A stretch of DNA of 64,000 nucleotides from Podarcis bocagei (lineage: Eukaryota): NCBI GenBank assembly GCA_964188305.1, contig OZ076888.1; one strand, given 5' to 3'. Positions 50,192-61,164 of this stretch are shown here, piece after piece (positions within the stretch are counted from its first letter, which is position 1; every line of letters begins with the position of its first letter). The notes beneath the pieces are model-generated. The model was not told the DNA's origin. It made no database searches and saw only the letters and a list, made by a program, of their open reading frames with translations. A program made the position numbers and the translations under genes.

Positions 50192-51085
50192 CGCTTCCTT
50201 CGCCCCGCGCTCGCCGTCCGGCGCCACGACTTCGTCGGCCCTTTGCTCCAGCCACGTCCCCAGGACGACCGGGCTGGGCGGCAGCCAATGGCAGAGCCCG
50301 GGTAAGGTTGACGCAACGGAACCGAGTCGGCCTGGGCTCCGCCTCCCGCGGCGGGCAGCCAACCAGCTGCGCTTTCCGAAGGGCACGCCGCGCTGTCCAG
50401 GACGGGACCGATACTCTCCTCAAGTGTCATTCAGTAATTTCCAACACGTCACAAGCTCTGGGCCAACCCGGCGAGGGTCATTCGGGCGGGTTTTCGTTAC
50501 GTCATGCGTACATTGCCCAATTCGTAGGCCCAAGGGTGGCTTTTCAACGTACACCTTTTTTTGTGTGGGCCTCGTCTTCGCCGGAACGCGCAGGCGCCCT
50601 CTTGCCCATTCGCAGCCCCCAGTCAACTCTCACACTGCATGTTTGGTCCACCAATGTACAGGCATATTCTTCCCACGGCAACGTCATCACTGAAAGCAAG
50701 CCAACCAACATCCACAAACAAACCCCACGCACCATAGAAAACTGCGCAGCCTTATTACAAGCCTGTCACTTTGAACGGCAGGCATCGTAGCCAATAATTT
50801 TCTCCTTTTCCTCACGTATCTCGAATAAAGCGGAAAAGTAGCCAATCGGGTGAGGAACGAACAAAAGGTCAAAGAGGTATTGCCCAATATCCTCTCTGGA
50901 TGGGCGGGAGACAGGACGGACGTTAGCCAATGGAAGCCAGCGTGAGTCGCAGCCTACCAATGGACATTGGCTCGGGGCGGCGCGAAAACCGTCCGCGGCC
51001 AATGAGTGACATCCATGGGCGGGGCGGACAGAGCGGGAGCCGCAGGACCGAGTGTGCAGCCCGCAACGGACTCGACGGCGGTGCC
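50192..51085. promoter_or_regulatory. Head-to-head CpG-island promoter region of ENTPD7 and SLC25A28 with a CCAAT-box cluster
   Basis: The two genes diverge across less than 1 kb. CCAAT at 50791, 50842, 50884, 50927, 50957 and 50999; GC box GGGCGGGGCGG at about 51017. Confidence 0.8.
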
Positions 51086-54000
51086 ATGGAGCTCGGGGCG
51101 GGCGGCGCGGCGGGGCCCGGGCAGCGCGGTGGGGCAGAGCCGGGCCGCCAGCTCCTCCTGCTGCTGGGCGGGGGCGACGGTGGAGGGGCGGGTTGGGCGT
51201 GGCCCGCGGGGGGTGGCGGGGCGGGAGGGACTGGCACGGACACGGAGGCCGGCCCGGAGCCGGACTACGAGGCCCTCCCGCGGGGCTCCGCCGCCTCCAC
51301 CCACATGCTCGCAGGGGCTGTGGCGGGGGTGCTGGAGCACAGCCTCATGTACCCGGTGGACTGTGTCAAGGTGAGAACGGGCGCCGAGCTGCTCTCCGGG
51401 AGCAGGGCGGGTGCTGGCGGGGGGCGGGGGGCTGAGACGAGACGCGGGAGTCCCTGGGCAGGACCTGAGAGCGGTTAACCGGCACACGATCTTCATTAGT
51501 GTTGCACTTTAATCCGCATCACCGGACGGTCCGACTAGATCCGAATTTAGCAAAAAGGGAAAAAGCCCCAGAGTTGACAGAAAGGCGAAGGAGGTGCCCC
51601 CCGATGAATGCGATGGAGCTAACGACTTCGGGGAGGGATGGATCAAACACGTTCTCGGCTCTTTTGCTGGCTAATGGCAGAAGTGCCAACGAACGATCAC
51701 TTGACAGGAGAGTTATGTGTTGCCGCCACTAGTTGACAAGAAGCAAGATCGGTTTCCTTGATCACGTTTCAGGCCTTCACTTTTGCCGCCCAAGCGACCG
51801 ACCTGGTTCCAGAAATATTTGGTCTCAGTCATGGGGTTGGGAGGATGGGGTAAGGTGGTGGTGTTGTACAGACGGTAGAGTCCTGACGGGCGGGAAGCCC
51901 CCCTGGTGATCTGCAGACACCTGCAAAGGCTGCCTGCGAGCACTCATTTGTGTGCAGCCATCAAATGCAGCTGAATGGCTCTGAAAGGAAGGAGTGTCCT
52001 GGGTTGGGAGAGCTGGGTGTGGAGCGCTTACTAGGCTAAGTCCCTTGGCATATCTAACCTGCTCCCCTCCCTGCGCTGGCAGACAAGGATGCAGAGCCTG
52101 CAACCGGAACCTGCTGCTCGCTACCGGAATGTGCTGGAGGCCCTGTGGCGGATCGTGCGGACTGAAGGGATCTGGCGACCCATGCGTGGATTGAACATCA
52201 CAGCCACAGGGGCAGGCCCTGCTCATGCCTTGTATTTCGCCTGCTACGAAAAGTTGAAAAAGACACTTACCGACATTATCCATGCTGGGGGCAATAGTCA
52301 TGTGGCCAACGGTATTGTCCCTTCTTGACTCCTTGCCCCACCCTGAGGGTCCCTATGTTCCCAGCTAGGACTGTTAGTGAAATGAAGAACTGGATGCCTT
52401 GTTCTTTCTTACTGCTCTTATATTGCTAACTTCTGAATCCTGTTTACTATTGACATTCTTCCCTGATGCTGTGTTCTGCTTCACTCCAAGCATTATCTAA
52501 CCATGATCATTAGGAATGTAGGATTTGCCATTGACTTTTGAAAGGAATTTGTGAATGAGAAGGGATTGTGGGAATATGGGGCTGATAGCTGCAGTTTCCA
52601 CCAGAGCAGACAGAAACTTTTTTTTATTGTGAAGATAGTTTGAAATATGATAGAAGAATGGGTGTGTTGCTGTTGGTATTTCATTTTGACTTTATATAGT
52701 GCTCTTCCTTTGAAGCAGCTGTCCCAGATGTGTCCATGTTTGTATCTGCTCTTACATTTGTCCTTTTAGCATCCTCATTTTTGAGTGGGGAGAACCCCAA
52801 GCTTGCTGTAACGTATTGTAGAGTCTGGTCTGCTTACATTTACTTTTTCACACTAGCATGCTTCTGAGGCTCCTTCATCTCTGATAGTCTGGACAGATAA
52901 TAGGAAGACCCAATTAGCTGGAGATCCTAGAATTTTGGAACTAACTCGTCTCACTCTGAAGCTTGTTCGATGTGTTAGCAGGACGACAGCAGAATCCTAA
53001 ATAGCTGCAAGACAGTCTTGGCTCTTCTCTGCTCTAGGAATTAAAGATGATAGATAATTTACAGTGCAATCCTAACCATGTTTACTCAGAAGTAAGTCCT
53101 ATTTAATTCAGTGGACTTACTCCCAGGTAAGTGGAGTTAGGATTGCAGTCTTAGTCTTCTGATTCCCCCCCGCCCCCAATCCTTCCAATGTGGGTCGAGA
53201 TTAATATGATAAATATTGCCTGCACTGGAGCCTTGAATATTTCTGATATTCCCTTTCTGAAAACTGATGCTAATTTCTCAATGAACTTTCATTCTGTCTT
53301 TGGGAGGTGGGTGTCCCTATTTGCTGGCATACACTCCTCCGGTGGCACATTCTGAGAGCTCCTTAGGTCTTCTTCCCACTTTTCACATGTAATAGTCCTT
53401 GTTTTGCAGGCGCAGCAGGCTGTGTGGCAACATTGCTTCATGATGCAGCCATGAACCCAGCAGAAGGTAATGTTGCTTCCCAGCAGTCCTGCAACTTTCA
53501 TGCAGCTTGTGCTGCTCCCTTCTTGTCACCAGAGGGTGCTTTCATGTTGCTTGTGATACAGTTCAGACATGCAGCCTTACCTGCTACAAGGGTTCTTTGG
53601 ATGCAGCGGGTGGGTGGTGGACAAGACTTTGGCATAAGCAAAGAATGTATTTGTGTGTCTGCCCTTGCTCTTGGTGTTGATAAATGACAAAAACAATATT
53701 GAAACTTGTCTTTCATATTTGTGTTCCCTACATTGCGTAGGCAAAATCAGATCACATTTCAGTAACCCCCGTTTTTTACTTGGTGTCTCACAATTCCAGA
53801 ATTGGGGCATTACTGTTTCTTCATGAGTTGTAGAGTTCTGCAGGATTTGCTGGGTGGGTAGACAGATCACACTGAGGCAAGTTTAAGGGATGCAGGGGCC
53901 CCTGAATCTATTCAAGTGTTTACATAGAATGCACACTGTTCAGATTACTGCACTTACTTACTTATTTATTTTTTCTTTGCTCCTCCCTGCCCTTCTCTCA

Positions 54001-54556
54001 TCTCCATGACTGGGCTGCTGCTGTCATCTTGTGATCAGTGGTAAAGCAGAGAATGCAGATGTACAACTCTCCATACCAGCGAGCAACAGACTGTGTACGT
54101 GCTGTATGGTGCAATGAAGGGGCAGGAGCTTTCTACCGAAGCTACACCACTCAGCTGACTATGAACATCCCCTTCCAGGCCATCCACTTCATGGCATATG
54201 AATCTTTGCAGGAACACCTCAATCCTCACAGACAGTACAACCCTAGTTCCCATATGGTGGCAGGGGCCTGTGCAGGGGCCATTGCTGCTGCTGTCACCAC
54301 CCCATTGGACGTTTGCAAGACACTGCTGAATACCCAGGAGGCCCTGGCACTGAATACCAACATCAGTGGGCACATTACAGGCATGGCTCATGCATTCAGG
54401 ACGGTGTACCGCGTGGGTGGGCTGACTGCCTATTTTCGAGGGGTACAAGCACGTGTCATTTACCAGATGCCCTCCACAGCCATTGCCTGGTCTGTGTATG
54501 AGTTCTTCAAATACATCCTTACCAAGCGAAAGGAGGAACGTTTGGCTGGGAAGTGA
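51086..54556 (+). CDS. SLC25A28: Mitoferrin-2, mitochondrial iron carrier, 4 exons, about 362 aa
   Basis: Exons 51086-51370 (Gly-rich N-terminus; PDYEALP...MYPVDCVK), 52083-52311 ([21 protein letters not shown]), 53410-53466 and 54039-54556 (…[17 protein letters not shown]…LAGK*). Three Px[D/E]xx[K/R] carrier motifs. AATAAA at 54971-54976. Confidence 0.97.
53064..53150. repeat. Short palindromic interspersed repeat (MITE-like), multi-copy
   Basis: GCAATCCTAAC…TACTCAGAAGTAAGTCC…GGACTTACTCCCAGGTAAG…GTTAGGATTGC. Related copies at about 34645-34730, 38545-38625 and 4455-4545. Confidence 0.6.
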
Positions 54557-56720
54557 AATGTGACTCCACCCGCTGGATTGGCTGGTGCCAGACTCAGATG
54601 ACAAGCAAGCCTTTGGAATAACGATGCCGCCTCTTGCCTGCTGCTGCATTTTGCACAGCCCATCATCCTTCTCCCAAATGGATAGTACACAATGAGCAGC
54701 AGCTTGGCCTGCCCTTTTCTAGCCTGTCACCTAACAAGCATCTCCCTTGCCCCAAAAGTTGTATTCCCTTAAAAGAGGTGGAGACTACCATGAGCTACCG
54801 TGAGCACACTGGAACTTGGGGTGATGACCTGCATACCCTGAAAGGGTTGCTGTTACGACTATGTGGTGATGGAGGCAGGGGAAGTGTTAGCTGAGCTGTT
54901 GTCTAGTAGCACACACACAAACCTCATGCTCTCTGGGAAGGCTTTGATTGTTGTGGCCCTTGGCACCTCCAATAAAGTCTGCTTTATCGTCACAGCCCTT
55001 GTTTGCTCTTATTCTCCTTATCTCTTGCTCTCTTTTTAGCAGCTCTATAGGGCTTTGTTACAGGTAAGTTGGACCAACCTATAGCAGGGTGGTCTAAATT
55101 GTTTCCTCTTGTGGTAGGTGGGAGAGTAGAAGTGAGATTAGTATCATATAATGCCGCATCTTGTATGACTAATATTGATCCATGAAGAACCAGCTTCTAT
55201 TGTCATTAAACAGTATTTGGAGAGCATCTATGTTCCTACAGGATACCAGCACCAGGCAACTGACAGCTTTAGGTGATTCTTGTTCCTCCCATATATATTT
55301 CAGCAGTATTCTTACCTACCAACGCAGCTCAAACACACATTCTTATAGTAGCAGGGGAAAAGATGCAGTCTGCCTCAGTTGGGTGTTCTTTCAACTGGCT
55401 TGCAGTGTCCTCCAGTAATATATATACTGTGATGGAAAATACACAAGTGCATGTGTGCACATATGTAAAAAAAAAAATAGTTCTTGTTCCTATTATCCTC
55501 TGTTACACCAAACAGAGTAGCAATGTGAAAGAGTAGAGTCAGGCTGTAGTTTGAGAACAGGCAGACAGGTGATATTGGGGGATACCATTTATCCATCTGC
55601 AGTTATGAAGCATGCATTCTCTGCTTGCCTTTTCCTATGATGCTGGCCCATCCATGTTGCAGGAACTCCAAAAGTACGGCACTTAGGTTCCAGGTAACTT
55701 TTAACTTGGAATGGCCAAGTGGGCTTCATCTTACTTCTTAGGGGGGAAGTGTGGCAATCTTTCCTCCTACTCTTGATCCCAAGATTTGGAATGTGTCGTT
55801 TAGGAAGAGGAAGAATACACAAATGAGGCAAATATAAACCTCTGACTGAGCCAGTGTCTTACTGAACAGCCTGTCTGCTTCCTAAGTGTGCCCTTTGCAG
55901 CAAAGTGAAACCTCAAAACAATACATCTGTCTTCACTGGCTTATGATGGATGTAGCCAAATTTTAGATTTCCTAATGCATACTTTCTGTTGCATTAGGGT
56001 TATGTGAGTGATGGAGAGAGAACTGATGTTTTAGAGTTTTGAAGTTGAACCAAAAGGGCAAATATATCTTATGTTCAAAATGCCTGTTCATACATGGTTT
56101 TGCTAGCTGTGCTTCTTGCTGACTTGACCTGTCTTGGAAGGGTAGACTTTGACAGGAAATTATTGTCTTCCTGGGAAATAAAAGCTGACAAGAAGGCTCA
56201 CCTGTTGCAGCAATGCAGAGGAGAGCCTAGTGCTCCCCGACTGGCATTTTCCCCTCAATCTTTGAGGTGGTGTAAACATTAATTTTGAGAAAATTTTCTC
56301 CGTGGCCCAGTTCACATGTAATTCAAACCATGAATAAACAAGAATGCATAAGCATGCAGGTACAGGTGGGAAATCCTGCTGCCACACTCCTGAAACTAAG
56401 CCATGGTTTAGCTTAGTGTTTGTCTTCTGCAAGCAAACCACAATTGGTAAGCCAAGAACGACCCCTAGTTGCAGCTTGTGCATTGTTAGGAGCAAGACAA
56501 ACCATGAACCTCAGTATGGACATAATGCTAAGTCAAGCCATGGCTTAGATCTGGGTAGCAGGGCAACAGGAAAAACACAGAGTACCTGCACACTAGTGGA
56601 ATTCCTGGCATGTGGCTTTTGCCAATTCTTTCAGGAAAACTATGGATGTGGCTTGGAACTTGTACATAACTTCCAAGTTATCAATCCCTCTTCCTGCAGT
56701 AGTGACTTAACAGGCATAAA

Positions 56721-56852
56721 CAGAGGAGCCAACTCTCCCCCCCCCCCAGTTACTGGGCATTGTCATTCAAATGGTGTGTGTGCATCATGTCATGTTGATT
56801 ATGGGGCTGGCATACATGCCCACCCAGTATTTTATTCAAGTTGGCACCCCTG
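56721..56852. mobile_element. hAT-type MITE, copy 1
   Basis: Imperfect TIRs CAGAGGAGCCAACT / AGTTGGCACCCCTG. Degenerate 8-bp TSD GGCATAAA / GGCAGAAC. Confidence 0.6.
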
Positions 56853-57649
56853 GGCAGAACTTGGGCTGGCAATGGGAGTTTCTCTCCCCCCCCCCCTTTT
56901 CCTGGGACTAAGGTAAATGGTGGGGAGGACTTTACCTGTTTAATTACTGACAGGCTGCTGCAAAAGACAGAAGAGCAGTGCCAGTTAAAAGCTCCAGGTT
57001 CAGTCCTCAACATCTCTAGATAGGATTGAGGATGTCCCCCATCCAAAACTCCAGAGAGCAGCTGCAAGTCAGAGCAGTTCAAGACAGACAACATCTGGAG
57101 TGCAAAGTGGGGTATGATGTGTTCTGAGGACAGCGAGGCCCGGAGGGCTGCATTTGCCCCCTGGGTCTGAGGTTCCCTACCCTGCCTTAAAGCAGGAGAA
57201 TCAACTAGGCAGAAGAAATGAGCTGAATAGGATCTGTTATCTGGATCATATTCTATTATAATTAGTGCAGCCTTATTCCCCTTCCATTCTATTCCAGCTT
57301 TATGTATTATTAATAAACACAGTAGTAATCTTTTGTCTCATTTTCTGATTTCCTTCAACACCTCTTCTGATCCTTTCCCTTCAAGGAGAAACCTTCCTTC
57401 CTTCTGTCCCCTTCCTCCTTAAAATTTTATGTCTCCACACCAGGCTATGTTGGCTTGAGGCTGATGGGAGTTGGGAGTCGTGCCCAACAACGTAAACCTT
57501 AACCTGATCTTTTATTCCCCTTCCTTCCCTCCCACCCCCCTTTTTATGAAGATTACCCACACTGGGATCCCACAGCTAATTCTCCCCTGGTCTCCTCACT
57601 GGCCCAAATAGGACTAATTTAGCCAGCTAGCCCTGGTGATCATCTAATG

Positions 57650-57840
57650 TTTATTGGATGGATTTCCCCCTAAATTGATTTTGAATTCTGAATTTACTGT
57701 TATTCATGTTTTGTACTGTATTTTATGCTGTTTTGTTGCATCACTTAAGTGTTTTAAATTTTATTGTTAGCCGCCCTGAGCCCAGTTTTCTAAACCGGGA
57801 AGGGCGGGGTATAAATAAAAAAATTATTTATTTATTTAAT
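57650..57840 (+). mobile_element. Retroposon (L2-like) 3' end
   Basis: GTTAGCCGCCCTGAGCCC…GGGCGGGGTATAAATAAA terminus, homologous to 40985-41185. Confidence 0.55.
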
Positions 57841-58926
57841 AACGTCTTTAGCGGGTAGAATCATAGAATCATAGAATAGAGTTGGAAGGGATCCCGAGTG
57901 TCATCTAGTCCAACCCCCTGCAATGCAAGAATCTCACCCACAGCTGTTCCTGGGTTGGCTGGAACCACCAACTTCTGGTTAATAGCCAGATGCACTGATC
58001 AATTGCATCAAAGAGGTTTAAAATCTGGTCAAATGGATGTGTGTAATTTGCCAACTGCCTCACAGCACACTCAGACTGTGATTCAGGGTTATGGGAGTGG
58101 CAACTGCCTCTTTTCCCATCACCCCAACTTCCTCAGGATCGCCAAGACCTAAAGAAAGGAGGCAAAGCGACTCCTACAGTAACCCCACCACCAACAGAGT
58201 GATAAGCAGATCCATAAAAGTTTTCCCTCTGGTGGGCAGCAAGTGCAATCTCTTTCTACCCATTGGACTTTTTACCTCAGGATCCCTTCCAACTCTGTGA
58301 TTATATGGCTCCCCCCGCCCAGCCCCTTCATTCCTTCAGTTAATATTGTGGGCAGCATTACGCAAACTACTGGTACAGTATCCGGGAGGTCTATTTGGGT
58401 GCGCCCCCTGGTGGTTTCTTCCTTGTTCACCAAACTTACTGCACATTTTTTCATTCTGTTTTCCTGGCCAACTAATTCAGTGGCGGGCGGCTGGTGGTGC
58501 CCATCTGCAACAGGCAGGGAAGAAAGCAGGAAGCCCAGACAGTAGACTGAACCGAAGCAAAAACAAAACAAAACCTGTAGTTTTGTTCTCATCAGGCAGT
58601 GATACGCTCTGGATCGGTTGCAAGTGTGGAGGCAGCGCCCCATTGACCCTTAATAGAGCCGCCTCCTCTGGCTAACCTGACACCTTCGGCGCTAGGCTCT
58701 TGTTCCAGACCATTTTAACCGCCAAGGGCTCACCTCCGGCGGCTGCCGTTCGCTCGCGGACGGGGCTCCTCTCACAGTCCCCGCCGGGGCTACAATCTGC
58801 AGGGTCTCTTGCGGGGCAAGGCGGCCTAGCTCGCGCAGGCTCGAAGCAGCTCCCCTTTGCGCAGCAGCCAGCAGTTGCGTCCGGCTATTCTAAGCAGTAA
58901 GAAATCTCTTCGCGGCCATTCATGTG

Positions 58927-59109
58927 CATAGGAGCCAACTCCTAGGGGCCGAGGGGGTCTTGGCCCACCCCCAATAAAATATTTGAGGAGGCTCCCTCCC
59001 CCAATGGATGGGCATTGCCATTCAAATGTGTGCGTGCACCACATCATGTGATCGGTTATGCGGGGCGGGGCTTACTCCCCCCAATACTTTATTCAATGTG
59101 GCACCCCTG
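58927..59109. mobile_element. hAT-type MITE, copy 2 (same family as 56721-56852)
   Basis: Shared internal GGGCATTG(C/T)CATTCAAATG and similar ends. 8-bp TSD TTCATGTG / TTCACGTG. Confidence 0.65.
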
Positions 59110-61164
59110 TTCACGTGGGAAAAGACAACCCTGCTTTGAAGCAAGGAATGGGCGGACACACACTCCCCACGTGCCTTGCCCGTCCCAGTGAGCAGGGTCT
59201 CCAGCACAGGCAGATCCAGAGGGGAGGTCCTCGGCGATGCCTTTGGCGAAGGCTACCCCATCTATCTCGAGGGCATCCCGGAGGGGCGGGGCCGAAGCGC
59301 AAGTGACGGCGAGGCGTCTTTCAAGCATGTGCAGAGTACCTTTTCCCAACCACTAAGTAACCCAGGCACATTTCTTCGCGTCAGGCCTGAGTCACACAGC
59401 AGCGCTTTTCCTTTCCTGGGCACGGGGGGATATGCACTCTCTGTCTGCTTCTGCCCCGCTTCCCCACCTTCCTCCATCCTACTCAGGGCGGGGGCGGATC
59501 CGACATTGAACTGCGCCTCCTAATCCCCCGCTCGCCCCCCGGGATAAAAAAGGGGAACAAAACCGCAGCTCCCCCGCCCTCCCGGGCGCCGCGGGGGAGG
59601 CAGCGCGGGCCGTCAATCTCGCCCTTTGTCCGGGGCCCCCCTCGGCCCGCCTTTTGTCCCCCAATCCAATAAGCGCCGCTTCTCGGCCCCTTCCAGGCGC
59701 TTCCTTTCAGAGCCGGCCCGGCCGCCACAATGGGCCTCTCCGCGCCGCGCGCTGCCCCATTCAGCCCCTTGGCACCCTCTCCTCGCCCGGGACAAGGGGA
59801 TTACAGCGGCCGGCTGGCCACCTATTAAAGGCCCGAGGGAAGGAGGCACCTCCGGCCGCGGACAGGTACCCGTCTCGCGGCGCCTCCACAGCGGCATCCA
59901 AATGACAGGAGAGCCGAGGCCACAGGGAGGCGGAGGGGGGACTTTGGGCGGCCCTTCCAACGCCCGTCGACGGGCGTACGGGCCTACCTTCTCCCTTCAG
60001 GAACCGGGAGCCTGCGGGCCACTGAGGTTGCAGGACTCCAACTCCCATCGTGCTCGGAGTTGTAGTCTGGAGAGCCGCACGCTCCGCAGCCCTCGCGGCC
60101 TTCGAGCTACTGGAAGCAGCTCCGGGTCCTGACAGGGCGAGTTTCCTTTGGGCTTGCCTGCCCTCCGAAGGAACTGACTCCGGATTAAGTTACTCCGGAT
60201 TACACCCCCCACTTTTCGTGCCTCCAGATTGCTGGAGGCGGCATGAATCTACCTCGGCTGATGGGTTAGAATAACTGTCCCACAGCTAGAAGATGCATGG
60301 ATCTAAGGTGGACTCTAAGCAGGGGGAAACGGGTGCCGTCGCAGGAAGAGAGGAGGAAGGAGGGAGAAGCTTTAGAGACAGCCGTCTATGATGGCAAAGC
60401 GGCTCTGTGGCTTCGACTTTTCCTGCAACACTTGCGCATTTTAGGTGTGCAGCGTGGTTTGTTTAGAACCTGCGCAACAGGAGAGGAGCTCTACCTGGAA
60501 GGGACGCTTTTGCCAGAGGAGGAACCCAGAAGTCGCACACGCGCTCGCTCGTTCGCCTGCCTTTCCCGCCCCGCCAGCGCGAAGCCTGCGATGGATATTG
60601 CACCTGGTTTATTGGATCCTTTAACTTCCTCGCAGCGGTGGCTACATCGATACACTTTTAAGATACAACAACAACAACAAAAACGGGTGGCTCGCGGCGG
60701 CCTCCACCCCGGCTTTGGCTTTGTACAAGCGAAGCTGCTTTCTGGCAGAGCCAGGCCTCCCCCCGTTCCCGTCCCTGCTCGGCCTTGGCGCGGAGTCTCC
60801 CGCCGCGCCCCTTTCCCCAGGAGAGCTTTGGCCGCGGGCAGCTCCGCCGGGAGTGAGGGAAGAGAGTCTAAATGGGTAGAGTGTCCAGCAGAGCCAGTGC
60901 CGCCGCGTAGCGATCGAGGCCGTTTAGCTTAGCACCGTGGACTGCACCACGGCTGGCTGTCGGCTGGCAAGGTGCTGAGGGTGGAGGATGGAGTCGCGCC
61001 CTGTGCTAGCGCGGCGCACCTTCTTGCGTGGTCGGGTCTCCCCGTCGGGAGGAAGCGCCGCTTCTCCGGCTGCCCGCCTGCCTCGCCGGGCCCCAGCCAG
61101 CGACCGGGGACTGGGCTCGTGGCTCTGAACCGCGCTCGCTGCTCGATCTCTCCGTCGGCCGGGG

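Noticed and set aside
50930-51085. In-frame N-terminal extension of SLC25A28 from upstream ATGs
   Set aside because: These ATGs are parts of CCAATG promoter boxes and probably lie upstream of the TSS. The ATG at 51086 has a strong Kozak context (GCCATGG) and matches the known MEL start.
17031-54556. Operon-like metal/mitochondrial cluster (CUTC, COX15, V-ATPase e2, mitoferrin-2)
   Set aside because: Gene order largely reflects ancient vertebrate synteny. Beyond the two shared promoters, nothing in the sequence supports cluster-wide co-regulation.
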